A stretch of DNA of 64,000 nucleotides from the NCBI GenBank assembly GCA_003707115.1, contig PPNB01000004.1, positions 62,001 through 126,000 of the forward strand. The letters are read 5' to 3'. This document shows, piece after piece, positions 54,609 to 64,000 of the stretch (positions are counted from its first letter, which is position 1; every line of letters starts with the position of its first letter). Both the position numbers and the translations under genes were made by a program. Under the pieces are notes generated by a model. It ran no database searches, had not been told where the DNA came from, and saw only the letters and a list, made by a program, of their open reading frames with translations. The stretch comes from Tortispora ganteri. Taxonomy: Eukaryota.

Positions 54609-56066
54609 TTATCGTTGTAGATGTCCCGTGTAATTGTCGTACCGATAATCCAAATGGACAAAGGCACGTTCAACAAAAGGCAACGTCTCAATGGCATATT
54701 GGAGTGTTTCGCCCAGATCGTGAGAGTCTCTCAAAGAGAGGGTGTCATCCACGACTAAATCTACTTCAACTATTATTTTGTCACCACTATGATAGGCATT
54801 TAATGAAGTCACCTTGCGAATAGTGGAAGAAAAACGCATACAAAGGTAAAGTATGAGCTGTCGATCACTTTGATCTGCCGCTGCTCCAGTCAGGTTGCTT
54901 ATATGGTCTAATGCCGTCTGCCCCCAGTTTACTATGACATATAAAGATAGCCAAACTGCACCAACAGGATCCAACCACCAGGTATTCGTTATAAATCCTA
55001 TCAAAGGAAAGATAATGGAACAAGTGTTGAATATCATGTCAGTCATGGCATCTTGTGCTAAAGCTTGAACTGCACTGGACCCTATATTGCGACACCATAT
55101 ATAAGCCAGAATTTTGGCAATTATAGTAGAAATCATTATAATAAAAGATGACCACGTTAATTGTACAGGATGAGGCGGATTTGGCGCCATAAATCCTGAG
55201 CACAGTTTTGTAAACGATTGAGCAGCCACTTGAACGAATGACATAATTATCAAGATAGAAAAGACTAACACACCTATCGGTTCAAGACGACTCTTACCGA
55301 CGGGGAAAACATACTTGGTGTTAGAGCCCCTATAGGCAACAAATAGAGCGCTAGCCCATATTATAACAGTTGACATTAGATCAAGGAAACTATCCACCAA
55401 AGCGGCGATCACAGAGAGGGAGTTTGTCATCATAGCAACGACCACTTTTGCTACCAAAAGAACAGCGTTTAAAGCCAAGTTAACATAAATGACAAGATTA
55501 ACTAAGCTAGTAGTAGCTTCATTGGCATGTAATATCGGCAGCATTTGATGATGGGCGTTGGCAGGAACAATGCTTTGACGGCGGCGAGCATCATGTTCAT
55601 AGTCTTCAATCATGTTTCTGTGGATTTTAGTTGAATCCAAAATGTTATCAATAGTTATATACCTTTTGATAAGATCATTCTGGTTAAGATAAAACCGTAT
55701 TAGATCGGTGGGTCCTTTCGAAGAACACAAAAAGGGCGGCAGCCACCACCGCTTGATGCGATGCTCTTGAAGATATTCACTTTTCACCATATCGACATCC
55801 ACAAAGTACTCGCCCCAATCAGTTAGAGGCTTAGATTCACCAATTAGGTAATTTGAACGCAACTGCTGCAAGTTATTAATTCTGGATACTGACTCTTGCC
55901 TATCAAGTTCAGAGTCATGTAATTGCCTTTCTATGTGTGATGGTCTGTGATGGCTATTAAAAGCTGTTATACTAGGATGATAATCCCAATACAAAGAGCC
56001 TACATTAATCGAGCTCGAACTTTTGCTCAATAGCGGTTCTCTTTGTCCTCTTGATTCTATGTCCAT
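54609..56066 (-). CDS. Cation diffusion facilitator (Mn-CDF/MTP-like) metal transporter
   Basis: SLSVIAALVDSFLD, FPVGKSRLEPIG, ALAQDAMTD, WLDPVGA, HDLGETLQ..IE.LP.VERAFVHLDY; first ATG at 56066 (ORF-track start is GTG). Confidence 0.9.
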   Translation of the reverse strand: MDIESRGQREPLLSKSSSSINVGSLYWDYHPSITAFNSHHRPSHIERQLHDSELDRQESVSRINNLQQLRSNYLIGESKPLTDWGEYFVDVDMVKSEYLQEHRIKRWWLPPFLCSSKGPTDLIRFYLNQNDLIKRYITIDNILDSTKIHRNMIEDYEHDARRRQSIVPANAHHQMLPILHANEATTSLVNLVIYVNLALNAVLLVAKVVVAMMTNSLSVIAALVDSFLDLMSTVIIWASALFVAYRGSNTKYVFPVGKSRLEPIGVLVFSILIIMSFVQVAAQSFTKLCSGFMAPNPPHPVQLTWSSFIIMISTIIAKILAYIWCRNIGSSAVQALAQDAMTDMIFNTCSIIFPLIGFITNTWWLDPVGAVWLSLYVIVNWGQTALDHISNLTGAAADQSDRQLILYLCMRFSSTIRKVTSLNAYHSGDKIIVEVDLVVDDTLSLRDSHDLGETLQYAIETLPFVERAFVHLDYRYDNYTGHLQR

Positions 56067-56737
56067 GGTTGATGTTATTGTGGAAGGGACGTCGTCACTC
56101 GCGGGGTCGTTACTAGTTCCGCACAATAGCAGAGGTCTGAATCCCACATATACCAGTCAGGGACTTGTGTTCTTCTCAACACAGTTTGCCTTCTCGTATT
56201 TGAGTTCCTTGTATATCTAAATAGGTATAGTTAAATCAGAAAGAATTTACTGTATTTGATTTTCACATAGCATTGAGGGCTCAAATTTATATTATGCAAC
56301 TAATTAGCAGATTAGGATCAGATAGGAAAGGTATAACATGCGCGAATTGAGATATTTATACGGTTTTGAGAAGAAAGCTACACACCGTGAATATTTACGG
56401 GCTTTTTTTGGTGCCAATTGTCCTGATTAATTTCAAGCGCTAGATATGGATCATCTTTTACTGCCAAGTGTTGCGTACTACGGCGTACACGTTTACAAGG
56501 TCTATAAGGCTCTTTAATAAAATATTTGAGCGTGTAAATGTCCAAGAAACAGTATAGTTTGGTATAGCTTGGCCTACGCGGGACACAAAAGCGATGCTGG
56601 TATATGCGTCCTGCAAAATAACTGGTTTAAGCGCATATATATATCTTGAATGCCTGTATTATATAAAGGCACAGATTCTCTACAATCATTTTATTCTACG
56701 CGAGAAAGATTGTAAGCCAATTTGCCATTTTACAGCA

Positions 56738-57694
56738 ATGATGATTTTATATGCGCTGCTTTTTTTCTACATGATATATCATAAAGTATCTGCTACTCCG
56801 TTAAATGTTGGCAGTCCTGCACTTTCAAATATGAGAGCAAGGTCTTCCGTGGCATGGGAGGATGAAGACGAGAATCCTAGATGGGAAGACAACGGCCCGC
56901 TCGAAATGCCTCAATGGCTTAAAGACATGACGGGGCGTAAGTTTTGGCCTGATGAGACTCCACCATATATTGATATGAATATTGACTTCAGCGATGTGCC
57001 TGTGGTGAACATGCGCCTTTACGGCGATTGCGCCCTTCCTCCTGGCACATGCGCGTTTGAATGCAATCAATGTTCTCGTCCTGGTGATATAGTCTCTTGC
57101 AAAAGCCTTTCACAGTCATTTGATGACGGCCCTACATCTCAAACAGTTCATTTGCTTGATCATCTCGAAGCTACTGGCCAAAAGGCAACGTTCTTCATTC
57201 CTGGAACCAGTGCCGTAAAATTTCCTCATCTAGTGCGAAGAGAATACGACCAGGGCCATACAATTGGACTTCACACATGGTCACACCCTTTTTTACCCTC
57301 GCTATCTAATGAAGCTATTGCAGCACAAATGCAATGGTCAATTTGGGCTATTAATGCCACAATAGGCAAGGTTCCTAAATACTTTAGACCTCCATTTGCA
57401 GGAATGGATGATAGAGTTCGAACTATTGTTAAAAAATTCAACGTTGACCTTGTTTTATGGGACAGAGATACCTTTGACTGGCGCCTCAACCTGGCGGACT
57501 CTGGAGATACTAGCGAGCTATCAGTCCTTGAATCTATTGATACGTGGAAGAATCAAAACAATGGTGGGCTCATCCTTCAACACGACAGTTCTAGTAAGTT
57601 GGTAAAGCTAAGCATTAAAGCTTCTAAACTACTTGGCCCCAAAGGTCAGTTAACTGTTGATAAGTGCTACAAGGGTGGCAGACCGTACCAATGA
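56738..57694 (+). CDS. Chitin deacetylase (NodB polysaccharide deacetylase)
   Basis: Signal peptide from the ATG at 56738; SFDDGP, HTWSHP, FRPPF, DTFDW, LILQHD; Cda1/Cda2-like. Confidence 0.9.
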   Translation: MMILYALLFFYMIYHKVSATPLNVGSPALSNMRARSSVAWEDEDENPRWEDNGPLEMPQWLKDMTGRKFWPDETPPYIDMNIDFSDVPVVNMRLYGDCALPPGTCAFECNQCSRPGDIVSCKSLSQSFDDGPTSQTVHLLDHLEATGQKATFFIPGTSAVKFPHLVRREYDQGHTIGLHTWSHPFLPSLSNEAIAAQMQWSIWAINATIGKVPKYFRPPFAGMDDRVRTIVKKFNVDLVLWDRDTFDWRLNLADSGDTSELSVLESIDTWKNQNNGGLILQHDSSSKLVKLSIKASKLLGPKGQLTVDKCYKGGRPYQ

Positions 57695-57943
57695 TTTTAT
57701 GTAATCTTTCATAATGTATTTAACTAGTAATGCGCAACATTATATATTATAGCGCAAGATAAGCTTTTTACGGATATATATTAATATAAACTACTCTTCG
57801 TGTCTCCATAATGCACTCCTGGATGGCAAAAGTACCCTTGAGAGCCCACAAGGACCCTTCATATTGTAATATATCTATATCATTTTAACATAGGCCATAT
57901 TTAAGTTAGTTCAAATCATAAGTACCATGAGATCCACATTTAG

Positions 57944-58360
57944 ATGAGATTACTACAGATATTCACACTGGTGGTTTATACTCTGACATTAGGAAAGGCA
58001 ATATCACATCCTTTGCAACGGTATCTCGATTCATGCTCAGCAAATAATTCTTCCGATTGCTTGATTTCACAACACGCCTACAGTCAATGCGCTACACGTC
58101 TTTCCATACTTCAAGCAGCTACGATTCTGATACCAGAACTTCAAAAGATTAAGCTAAACACCCAAGAACGTATTTGTCTTGAGTACATGGACTGTGCTGT
58201 GGATGAGGATGCGACGGTTACGCTTAGAAACTTTATAGATGGCGAACTCTTTGCAATTATTACAGGCAAACCGGCATTGTATAAGGCTAATTTGATTCTC
58301 AAAAGACTCAAAGAGAATGACATAGAATTTAACAATAATTATAAACGCTACGGCCGGTAG
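57944..58360 (+). CDS. Small secreted Cys-containing protein of unknown function
   Basis: Signal-peptide-like MRLLQIFTLVVYTLTLGKA, five Cys, 138 aa. Confidence 0.6.
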   Translation: MRLLQIFTLVVYTLTLGKAISHPLQRYLDSCSANNSSDCLISQHAYSQCATRLSILQAATILIPELQKIKLNTQERICLEYMDCAVDEDATVTLRNFIDGELFAIITGKPALYKANLILKRLKENDIEFNNNYKRYGR

Positions 58361-58815
58361 TGTTCCCCTTTGTGATCCTGGAGAGCAGTGATATTCGCAT
58401 CGCAGGAACGGTTAAAGTACAGACATCATTAAACTTTAAGTGCCGCATTTACGGCTGATTAAGGAAGCCAAACTTTATGTCCATGTGGAGTATTATTATT
58501 GGCTGAAGTTTGGGTATTCGATTGCGCCATCGCTAACGAATAGGAAGTATGCCGGCGTATAAATCCTCATAAATTCAAACAGTGCAGCCAAATCACTCAC
58601 CTGTTTCTGCATTGTACACTCCATTCTTCTGATTCTTCCCCTCTGCAGATTGTAAAAGGAGCAATCTACCACATATAGGCAATCGGATCTGTTAACAGTT
58701 AACGATATTGCCTCATTTCTTTTCACAGGTGTCTGCTCCTTTTAAACGCAGCAGTGTGATAGGCCTGTAAGATCACATTTCTCGCTCTTACCACCACTCC
58801 GCCAATCGTCTCAAT

Positions 58816-60285
58816 ATGGCCGTGAAACATCTGCAGAGAGTACCAGCAGATGCGCGTAATCCGTTCCATACCCTAATCCGGGAACAAACTGTGGTCCGAA
58901 TTCCCAAGTTTACGCTTGAATCAGGAATTGATATGTATGAAGTAGATGTCGCCTATAAGACCTGGGGCCGCCTCGATGAGCAAGGCTCCAACTGTTTAGT
59001 GATCTGTCATGCGCTCACAGGTTCTGCTGATGTAACTGATTGGTGGGCCCCACTTATCGGTCCAGACAAAGCTTTTGATATCTCCCGTTTCTTTGTCATA
59101 TGTTTGAACACACTCGGAAGCCCCTATGGGTCGAGCAGTCCGTGCACATACAATCCCGCAACCGGCGAGATTTACGGTCCTGAATTTCCTCTTGTTTCTA
59201 TACGTGATGACGTTAATATTCATAAGATCGTGCTTGAAGATCTCGGTGTTAGGCAAATTGCGTCAGTGATCGGTGGATCTATGGGTGGAATGCTCACTCT
59301 TGAGTGGGCATTCATGTTCCCGGACTTTGTGCGCACCATTGTTCCTATAGCCACATGTGCCAGACATTCCGCCTGGGGTATTTCTTGGGGAGAGTCACAA
59401 AGACAAGCCATATACAGTGACCCGAAATATGATGATGGGTACTATTCATTTGACGACCCCCCCTCAACTGGCCTTGCTGCTGCTCGCATGTCAGCATTAT
59501 TGACTTATAGATCGCGCACTTCGTTTGAAAGTCGATTTGGACGCAATCCTGCCGATCCCGCTAAACTGAAAACAATAAATGGACAATCATCCTCAAGTGC
59601 CAATGACGATTTGCGATCATGGTCTCCGGCTAGGGAAAACTGGGAAGTACATAACGAAGGAAATATGACGGCTAAACGACGTTCTAGAACACCTTCAGAC
59701 ACTTCGGAAGCTTCGTCCACCCATTCTTCTTCACCACCATCTGCACCGGTTACGAATGACTCGAAAACTCGAGGAAATGCCTCTTCATTACACCGTAATA
59801 ACGATCGGCGCATTCGCCCTGCCCAGCCTTTTTCTGCGCAAAGCTATCTGCGGTATCAAGGTCAGAAGTTTGTAGCGAGATTTGATGCTAATTGCTATAT
59901 TGCTATGACGCGAAAACTTGATACGCATGATGTAAGCCGTGGCCGAAACTTTTCTTCTGTGGGTGAAGCTTTAGCTACACTCAAACAGCCGGCTTTGGTT
60001 GTCGGAATTGAGTCGGACGGATTGTTTACTTTTGAAGAGCAGAAGGAACTTGCAGGCCACATCCCAAACGCTATACTAAAGCGAATCGAATCTCCCGAAG
60101 GTCATGATGCGTTCTTAATTGAATTTGAGTTGATGGACAGCCTAGTCAAAGAGTTTCTTAATGCAAAATTACCGGAAATCGTTTCCAAGGAACCTATAAC
60201 CGTCGATGATATCATCATCAGCAGTGTAAAACCCCTTATTGGAGAGAGCGAGGATGAGAGCACTCATGAAATAACTAGATGGTGA
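58816..60285 (+). CDS. MET2: Homoserine O-acetyltransferase
   Basis: CHALTGSADV.DWW, GGSMGG nucleophile motif, RFDANCY, SPEGHDAFL. Confidence 0.95.
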   Translation: MAVKHLQRVPADARNPFHTLIREQTVVRIPKFTLESGIDMYEVDVAYKTWGRLDEQGSNCLVICHALTGSADVTDWWAPLIGPDKAFDISRFFVICLNTLGSPYGSSSPCTYNPATGEIYGPEFPLVSIRDDVNIHKIVLEDLGVRQIASVIGGSMGGMLTLEWAFMFPDFVRTIVPIATCARHSAWGISWGESQRQAIYSDPKYDDGYYSFDDPPSTGLAAARMSALLTYRSRTSFESRFGRNPADPAKLKTINGQSSSSANDDLRSWSPARENWEVHNEGNMTAKRRSRTPSDTSEASSTHSSSPPSAPVTNDSKTRGNASSLHRNNDRRIRPAQPFSAQSYLRYQGQKFVARFDANCYIAMTRKLDTHDVSRGRNFSSVGEALATLKQPALVVGIESDGLFTFEEQKELAGHIPNAILKRIESPEGHDAFLIEFELMDSLVKEFLNAKLPEIVSKEPITVDDIIISSVKPLIGESEDESTHEITRW

Positions 60286-60467
60286 AATATTACCGGATGG
60301 CGGGTCACTTTTTTATATTTAATTAATGACTAGAATATAATAAAAACTTAGGGGTTAATGACATGCAAAATTGCCTAAGCAAATATATAATTAGCCGCTT
60401 ACAATTAGATCAAATAGAGAAACCCTTTTAAGTTTATTGCCTTTGCTTTCTTTTTTATCCACTTACA

Positions 60468-61064
60468 ATGAAAGCTATCCGATTTTTGGCAAGAAGCAGT
60501 ACTCTGCCCACTCAGGTCAGGTTTTCTAGTACTCAAAATTTCTATTCTTTGTTTCCTAAAACTTTCAACAACAATACCAAACCATTCGACTTTGACGTTC
60601 GAGAATTGAGAAATGAGTTTATAAAGTTGCAAAGCCAGCATCATCCCGATCACGCACCTCTGGACGAGAAAGAACAGTATGAGGAGCGAAGTTCGACCTT
60701 AAACAAAGCGTATAGCTGCTTAAAAGATCCATTACTGAGGGCAGAACATTTATTGCAGCTGGCAGGATATTCCCTAAAGGGCGATCAAGCCGAGCACACT
60801 GACATAAGTGATCAAGAGTTTTACATGACTATTCTGGATATTCACGAGGCTGTGGAAGAAGCGCAAACAGAGAAAGATCTCGAACCTATAATTGCTGCAA
60901 ACAATGATCGAATTAATTCATTGATTAGCAAACTGACTGATGCTTTTAAAAATGAAGATTATAACACTGCGAAGGATCTTACGGTGAAACTGCGATATTG
61001 GAAGAATTTAGAACGCACTTTACGGGAATGGGGACCAGGTAAACCCGTTATGTTTACACATTAA
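60468..61064 (+). CDS. JAC1: Mitochondrial Fe-S co-chaperone (HscB family)
   Basis: LQSQHHPD J-domain, LNKAY..LKDPL.RAEHLL, LRYW.N, W.PGKP. Confidence 0.92.
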   Translation: MKAIRFLARSSTLPTQVRFSSTQNFYSLFPKTFNNNTKPFDFDVRELRNEFIKLQSQHHPDHAPLDEKEQYEERSSTLNKAYSCLKDPLLRAEHLLQLAGYSLKGDQAEHTDISDQEFYMTILDIHEAVEEAQTEKDLEPIIAANNDRINSLISKLTDAFKNEDYNTAKDLTVKLRYWKNLERTLREWGPGKPVMFTH

Positions 61065-61122
61065 TAACCTGAGAAATGCGAAAATTGCTTTTAAGTTTTT
61101 GTTTCAGGTGGCCAGTTTCCAT

Positions 61123-62970
61123 TTATCGAAATGACCCTTGAAGTTCTAACGCGAGATGTTCATCATCATGGACTTGTTTTTCTTCACGTAATCGATATGT
61201 CGAACATTTGGTGCATAGGTACGTGTCTGGTCCTTCTCCTAGGCTAATAGTTTCCTTTTCTTCTTTTGGCTTCTTATTGAAGAATGACCGAAGCAATGAA
61301 CCTGAACGTTTTGCCACCGTGCGATCAGATATTTGGCTTGGAAAGTGTACATCAGTATGTGGCATCTCAGAAGCGTCACCGTTATACTCACTGGCTTCAT
61401 TTTCATAGCAATACTTTGCAGTCAGTGAGCTGCCAAATATTGGAGAACTCGTTCTAGTTGACGAATGTGAACTTTTAGTTGATGGCTGTGATCTTAAGAA
61501 GCCCATCAAACTTGTTTCTGCAAGTTCGTGAAAATTGCTAATTTCCAAGGCCAGCAAGGATATAGGGAAGAGGTTTTTTTCGTTTTGAGCTTGGTTAAAC
61601 ATGTTAATAGCCGTTTTCAGCAAACTGTTTCTCATGTCTGTCATATCTTCATACACTGGTAGTGGTACTTGCCGAGCGGTGGATGAGCTTGGTGCAGAAT
61701 TTTTAAATTCCTTAGTAGCATATCGCAACGTGAAGGTATGTGGCCTTCTGCGCCGGCGTGAGTTCTTCGAATCTTCCTCATCAGCATCGGTTAGCCTGCC
61801 TGAAAGGTCAAAAACAAATATCTTTAGCCAAGCATGAACTCGAGCAACGTTCTCTAATGGCTGGCGAAAATTTTTCACACTCTGCATAGATTTTATATCA
61901 GTCCTCGTTATAAGATCTTGCCTATACTCGCCACGAATCACATCATACAGCCACGTAGCAGTTTCTTTGCCCAATTTGTTTTCCATTTCTTTCTGAGAAA
62001 TTTCCAGCAGACGCGTTATGGTATTTTTCTCGGGTAGAGACAGTTTTCGACGAATATTGTCGCCGAGTTTACCGCCAAATCCACGTATATCTGTGAACTC
62101 AAAATTATGTATGAGAAAGTCTTTCACAAAGGCTGGTAAAACTACTGTCTGACTGTTCGGTTTTTTGTAAGTACTAGCTAGCTTGGATATAGATTTGGTA
62201 ACTGAGATTCCTGCAGAGCACGTATAAGACAACTCTTCATAGACCTTCCTGCGGATCTCACTAACAATCTTAGAAGTAACTAACACCAATATGTCATCCC
62301 AGTCGAGAGACACTTCTTCGTCAAGGGATTCAATCCCATATACTTCAACGTTTTCTCTGATCCATTCAGGGTTGATCTTACGGGACGGAAGTGGCAAATG
62401 TTTTGATAGTACGCTTTGATCCACAGGAGCAGAAAAAATTTCAGGAAACTGCGCAATGATAACCTCAACTGCTTTGCCAGAGACGTCTAGAAACGATTCG
62501 TCAATGCTGGCTTTCTCAATAACATCGGTGAACTGTTTAAATATCGACATTATCTTACGAGATTCACGTCGATATGGGTCTAAACATGCCTTGTAATGGT
62601 TACGATCTGGGTTGGCGTGATAAGCCCAAGATTCTTCGCCCTCTTTGAAGCATGCGACGTGAGCGAGAACAATACTAGGGCATATCTCTTTACACTGTTG
62701 CGCACTCAAATGACGCGTGATCCCATAGTCGCGTGCCGGATAGTTGACAGCAATTACATTTGCCCATTGTTGGCACGCTAATGGTGCTGATGGCGGTAAT
62801 TTTAAACGTACCGATTCACATTGGGCATAGAAAGCATCTAGATCAATGTGAACAACGGCTTGCAGAGTTTGTGATGAAGTTGATTTGACTGCATTCTTTG
62901 CCTCATCAGAGTTTGAGCTTCTAAGGCGCAAGATATCCCCATATGTAAATTTTGAAAGTCCATAAGACAT
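61123..62970 (-). CDS. RAD30: DNA polymerase eta (Y family)
   Basis: HIDLDAFYAQCE, IAVNYPAR, EKASIDESF, C-terminal UBZ (CTKC...H..EHLALELQ). Confidence 0.93.
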   Translation of the reverse strand: MSYGLSKFTYGDILRLRSSNSDEAKNAVKSTSSQTLQAVVHIDLDAFYAQCESVRLKLPPSAPLACQQWANVIAVNYPARDYGITRHLSAQQCKEICPSIVLAHVACFKEGEESWAYHANPDRNHYKACLDPYRRESRKIMSIFKQFTDVIEKASIDESFLDVSGKAVEVIIAQFPEIFSAPVDQSVLSKHLPLPSRKINPEWIRENVEVYGIESLDEEVSLDWDDILVLVTSKIVSEIRRKVYEELSYTCSAGISVTKSISKLASTYKKPNSQTVVLPAFVKDFLIHNFEFTDIRGFGGKLGDNIRRKLSLPEKNTITRLLEISQKEMENKLGKETATWLYDVIRGEYRQDLITRTDIKSMQSVKNFRQPLENVARVHAWLKIFVFDLSGRLTDADEEDSKNSRRRRRPHTFTLRYATKEFKNSAPSSSTARQVPLPVYEDMTDMRNSLLKTAINMFNQAQNEKNLFPISLLALEISNFHELAETSLMGFLRSQPSTKSSHSSTRTSSPIFGSSLTAKYCYENEASEYNGDASEMPHTDVHFPSQISDRTVAKRSGSLLRSFFNKKPKEEKETISLGEGPDTYLCTKCSTYRLREEKQVHDDEHLALELQGSFR

Positions 62971-63144
62971 GAAAATAAAATCTCGCTATAATAATCCGCG
63001 TGATATCTACAGTTAGATAACAGTGCCTTGTTTTCCAGCGTTCGTATACATATATTAAGATGTAATAAGATTTGTACCTCTATTGGTCCACATTTGTTAC
63101 CCTGCATCACCTCTTACTGTCAGTATATAACGCACACACAAGAA

Positions 63145-63535
63145 TACCCCCTTCGTTACAAGGATAAGTACGGTAGTCTCCAGGGCCGATAAAATTAGTC
63201 CGGGTTCTACTGAACCTTTTGGACCATCTAGTCAATAAGTTTATTATGGTCCAAGTGTGCCTGCGAACAAGCCCTGGGGCGCGCTGGCACCACTTTCTCC
63301 ACTCAACCAAGATTGGCGAGGTCCTTCAGAACGCCGACAGACACGAACATCGGCGTATAAACCGTACAGAAATACACAAGCCACATATATCTACATGAGA
63401 TTGTGTTTACGACCTAATACAGGTTTAGTTTCTTTGATTTTGATCCCGCCAAAGTCCAGTTCTTTTACACTTTGGTGATCCGCTGACCAACGACATGGAA
63501 GCCGACGTGAAAGCGTCTGATTTCGATACAGACTG
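63145..63535 (-). ncRNA. Unidentified structured RNA candidate
   Basis: Nested complementary segments (see finding); G-U pairs favour the minus strand; TATATAAAAAA on the minus strand near 63666-63676; no credible ORF. Confidence 0.4.
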
Positions 63536-64000
63536 CAAAATATATGTATAGAGGCAAGATATCTGTTATGATTCAGAACAATCTACTAATCAATGACGTT
63601 CGCGTAGTGGATACAGATACAAAGCTAGGCGCAACGAATGGACCTTAAAACACCGATCTCGCTCATTTTTTATATAACGAGAAGAGACACGGCCATAAGG
63701 TCGTTGACACGTTTTTAAGTAATTACTGCATATAGGTGGAAATCATTGATGTTATATTACTGTTAATTGGTCTGCACATTATATTTTCTATTTCTACGTA
63801 CGACATAGGATGCAAGTTACGCCACTTATAGCACTCAGAAAGATTTCAAAATAACTATACTGAAATCTGCATATATTTCTGCGATTAGTATTTATTTACT
63901 ATCCAATAGCGTACTTCAATATAGAAATAGATATGACATATGTCTGCATATGTATTAAGGTTTCGGATAATTTCGATAGATTAAAGCGAAAGCTTTCGCT

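Noticed and set aside
63110..63380. snR30/U17 or RNase MRP identity for the structured region
   Set aside because: No AAACCAT m2 motif; no GAAAGTC-type CR-I able to pair with the GGAGACTAC segment

Overview
A compact, intron-poor fungal chromosome segment, most likely a budding yeast of Saccharomycotina type. CTG encodes conserved Leu (e.g. APM1 YELLDE), so the code is standard. The window holds about 34 protein genes and one tRNA-Lys(CTT). Most genes are housekeeping: POL31, TSC13, CYM1, IZH3, EGD1, KOG1, EPT1, RHO3, a Nim1-family kinase, ERJ5, UBC7, APM1, RXT2, MET2, JAC1, RAD30 and others. The standout feature is two divergent, full-length Crypton/Ndc10-type genes (tyrosine-recombinase fold plus GCR1_C) at 29738-32134 (+) and 44544-47000 (-), facing each other across 12.4 kb. 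Each seems to have lost a different part of the catalytic set. Copy 1 is bracketed by a loxP-like 14-7-14 inverted repeat just before its ATG and a perfect 18-1-18 palindrome over its stop codon. Copy 2 is flanked by an 11-bp direct repeat, one copy of which sits at the centre of an inverted repeat. Both promoters carry twin ACGCGT boxes. Other items: an unidentified multi-hairpin candidate ncRNA near 63.15-63.55 kb, a structured leader with uORFs before a uracil-catabolism gene, TATTAAC branch sites in all three introns found, a 92-aa-repeat Ser/Thr protein and a 4.3-kb gene-free gap. All family assignments come from motif recognition by eye, not from database searches.
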